The translations under genes were made by a program, and so were the position numbers. Below are positions 63,421-64,000 of a stretch of DNA of 64,000 nucleotides, piece by piece; the stretch's first letter is position 1; every line of letters starts with the position of its first letter. Origin of the DNA: Octopus bimaculoides (Eukaryota). The stretch is taken from NCBI RefSeq assembly GCF_001194135.2, contig NC_068983.1, positions 38,450,483-38,514,482 on the forward strand, given 5' to 3'. The notes below the pieces were generated by a model. That model searched no databases. It was given only the letters and a program-made list of their open reading frames with translations, and was not told the DNA's origin.

Positions 63421-64000
63421 CTTTCATTAATAATTATGCATAATATAAAGTGCAACAGTATAATTTAATCATTGCATAAATAATACATATATACTAAATA
63501 TATCACTGTATCAACCAGATTATCAGACGTTGTTATACCTCGCTGGTCACAATGCGCCTCCTTGGTGTGTTGTAGTTTTCGAATGATATCACTCCACTCC
63601 GCAGAGAGGCAAGCCGATGTGTTACATATAAAATATTGTGATTGATGCCAGGACCGCCTGACTGGCTCCCACGCTGGAGGCACATAAAAAGCACCCACTA
63701 TATTCTCAGAGTGGTTGGCATTAGGAGGGGCATCCAACTGTAGAAACACTGCCAGATCAGATTAGAGCCTGGTGCAGCCGCTGACTCTCCAGACCTCAGT
63801 CAAACCGTCCAACCCATGCCAGCATGGAAAGCAGACATTAAACGTAACACATATATAATGCAAAAGCAGTCAATAAAACAGAAATAGAATTTAAAAGTTA
63901 TTCTTTTTGTGTTGGGCGGTAGTTGGATGCCCCTGCTTCGCAATAGGTGTTCAAATCCTGACCAGATTGATTTTTGCCTTTCATCTCACCTGGCGTTGAT

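Noticed and set aside
63465-63749. CpG-containing patch and 94-aa ORF as DNALI1 exon 1
   Set aside because: No frame resembles the p28 N-terminus, and part of the ORF is a family C repeat; proximity to a promoter is not excluded.

Overview
Eukaryotic draft-assembly DNA: AT-rich, very microsatellite-rich, with 14 N-gaps. The repeat landscape points to a coleoid cephalopod, most likely Octopus (inference). Only one host gene is supportable: DNALI1 (axonemal dynein light intermediate chain p28) on the minus strand. Exons 2, 3 and 5 are complete, exon 4 runs into a gap, and exons 1 and 6 were not found. The rest is a transposon graveyard: several tRNA-derived SINE families; RTE, CR1-like, Ingi/Vingi-like, R4/Dong-like and HERO-like LINE fragments; Penelope-like element (PLE) fragments; and mariner, piggyBac and hairpin MITEs. 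Most interesting observations: (1) a tRNA-headed SINE carrying a minimal hammerhead ribozyme (HHR), plus six more HHR-like motifs, including a family in which all three copies lack the canonical A6; (2) a mariner derivative whose ~200-250 bp inverted ends contain the transposase start and RFX X-box-like motifs, upstream of the known exons of a motile-cilia gene; (3) perfect or near-perfect local inverted duplications consistent with template switching; (4) recurrent SINE self-insertion inside single TSD pairs; (5) a CpG-decay boundary near 39 kb that probably marks gene-body methylation. There are no CRISPR arrays, rRNA genes or intact tRNA genes. All alignments were done by eye, and repeat boundaries are approximate.
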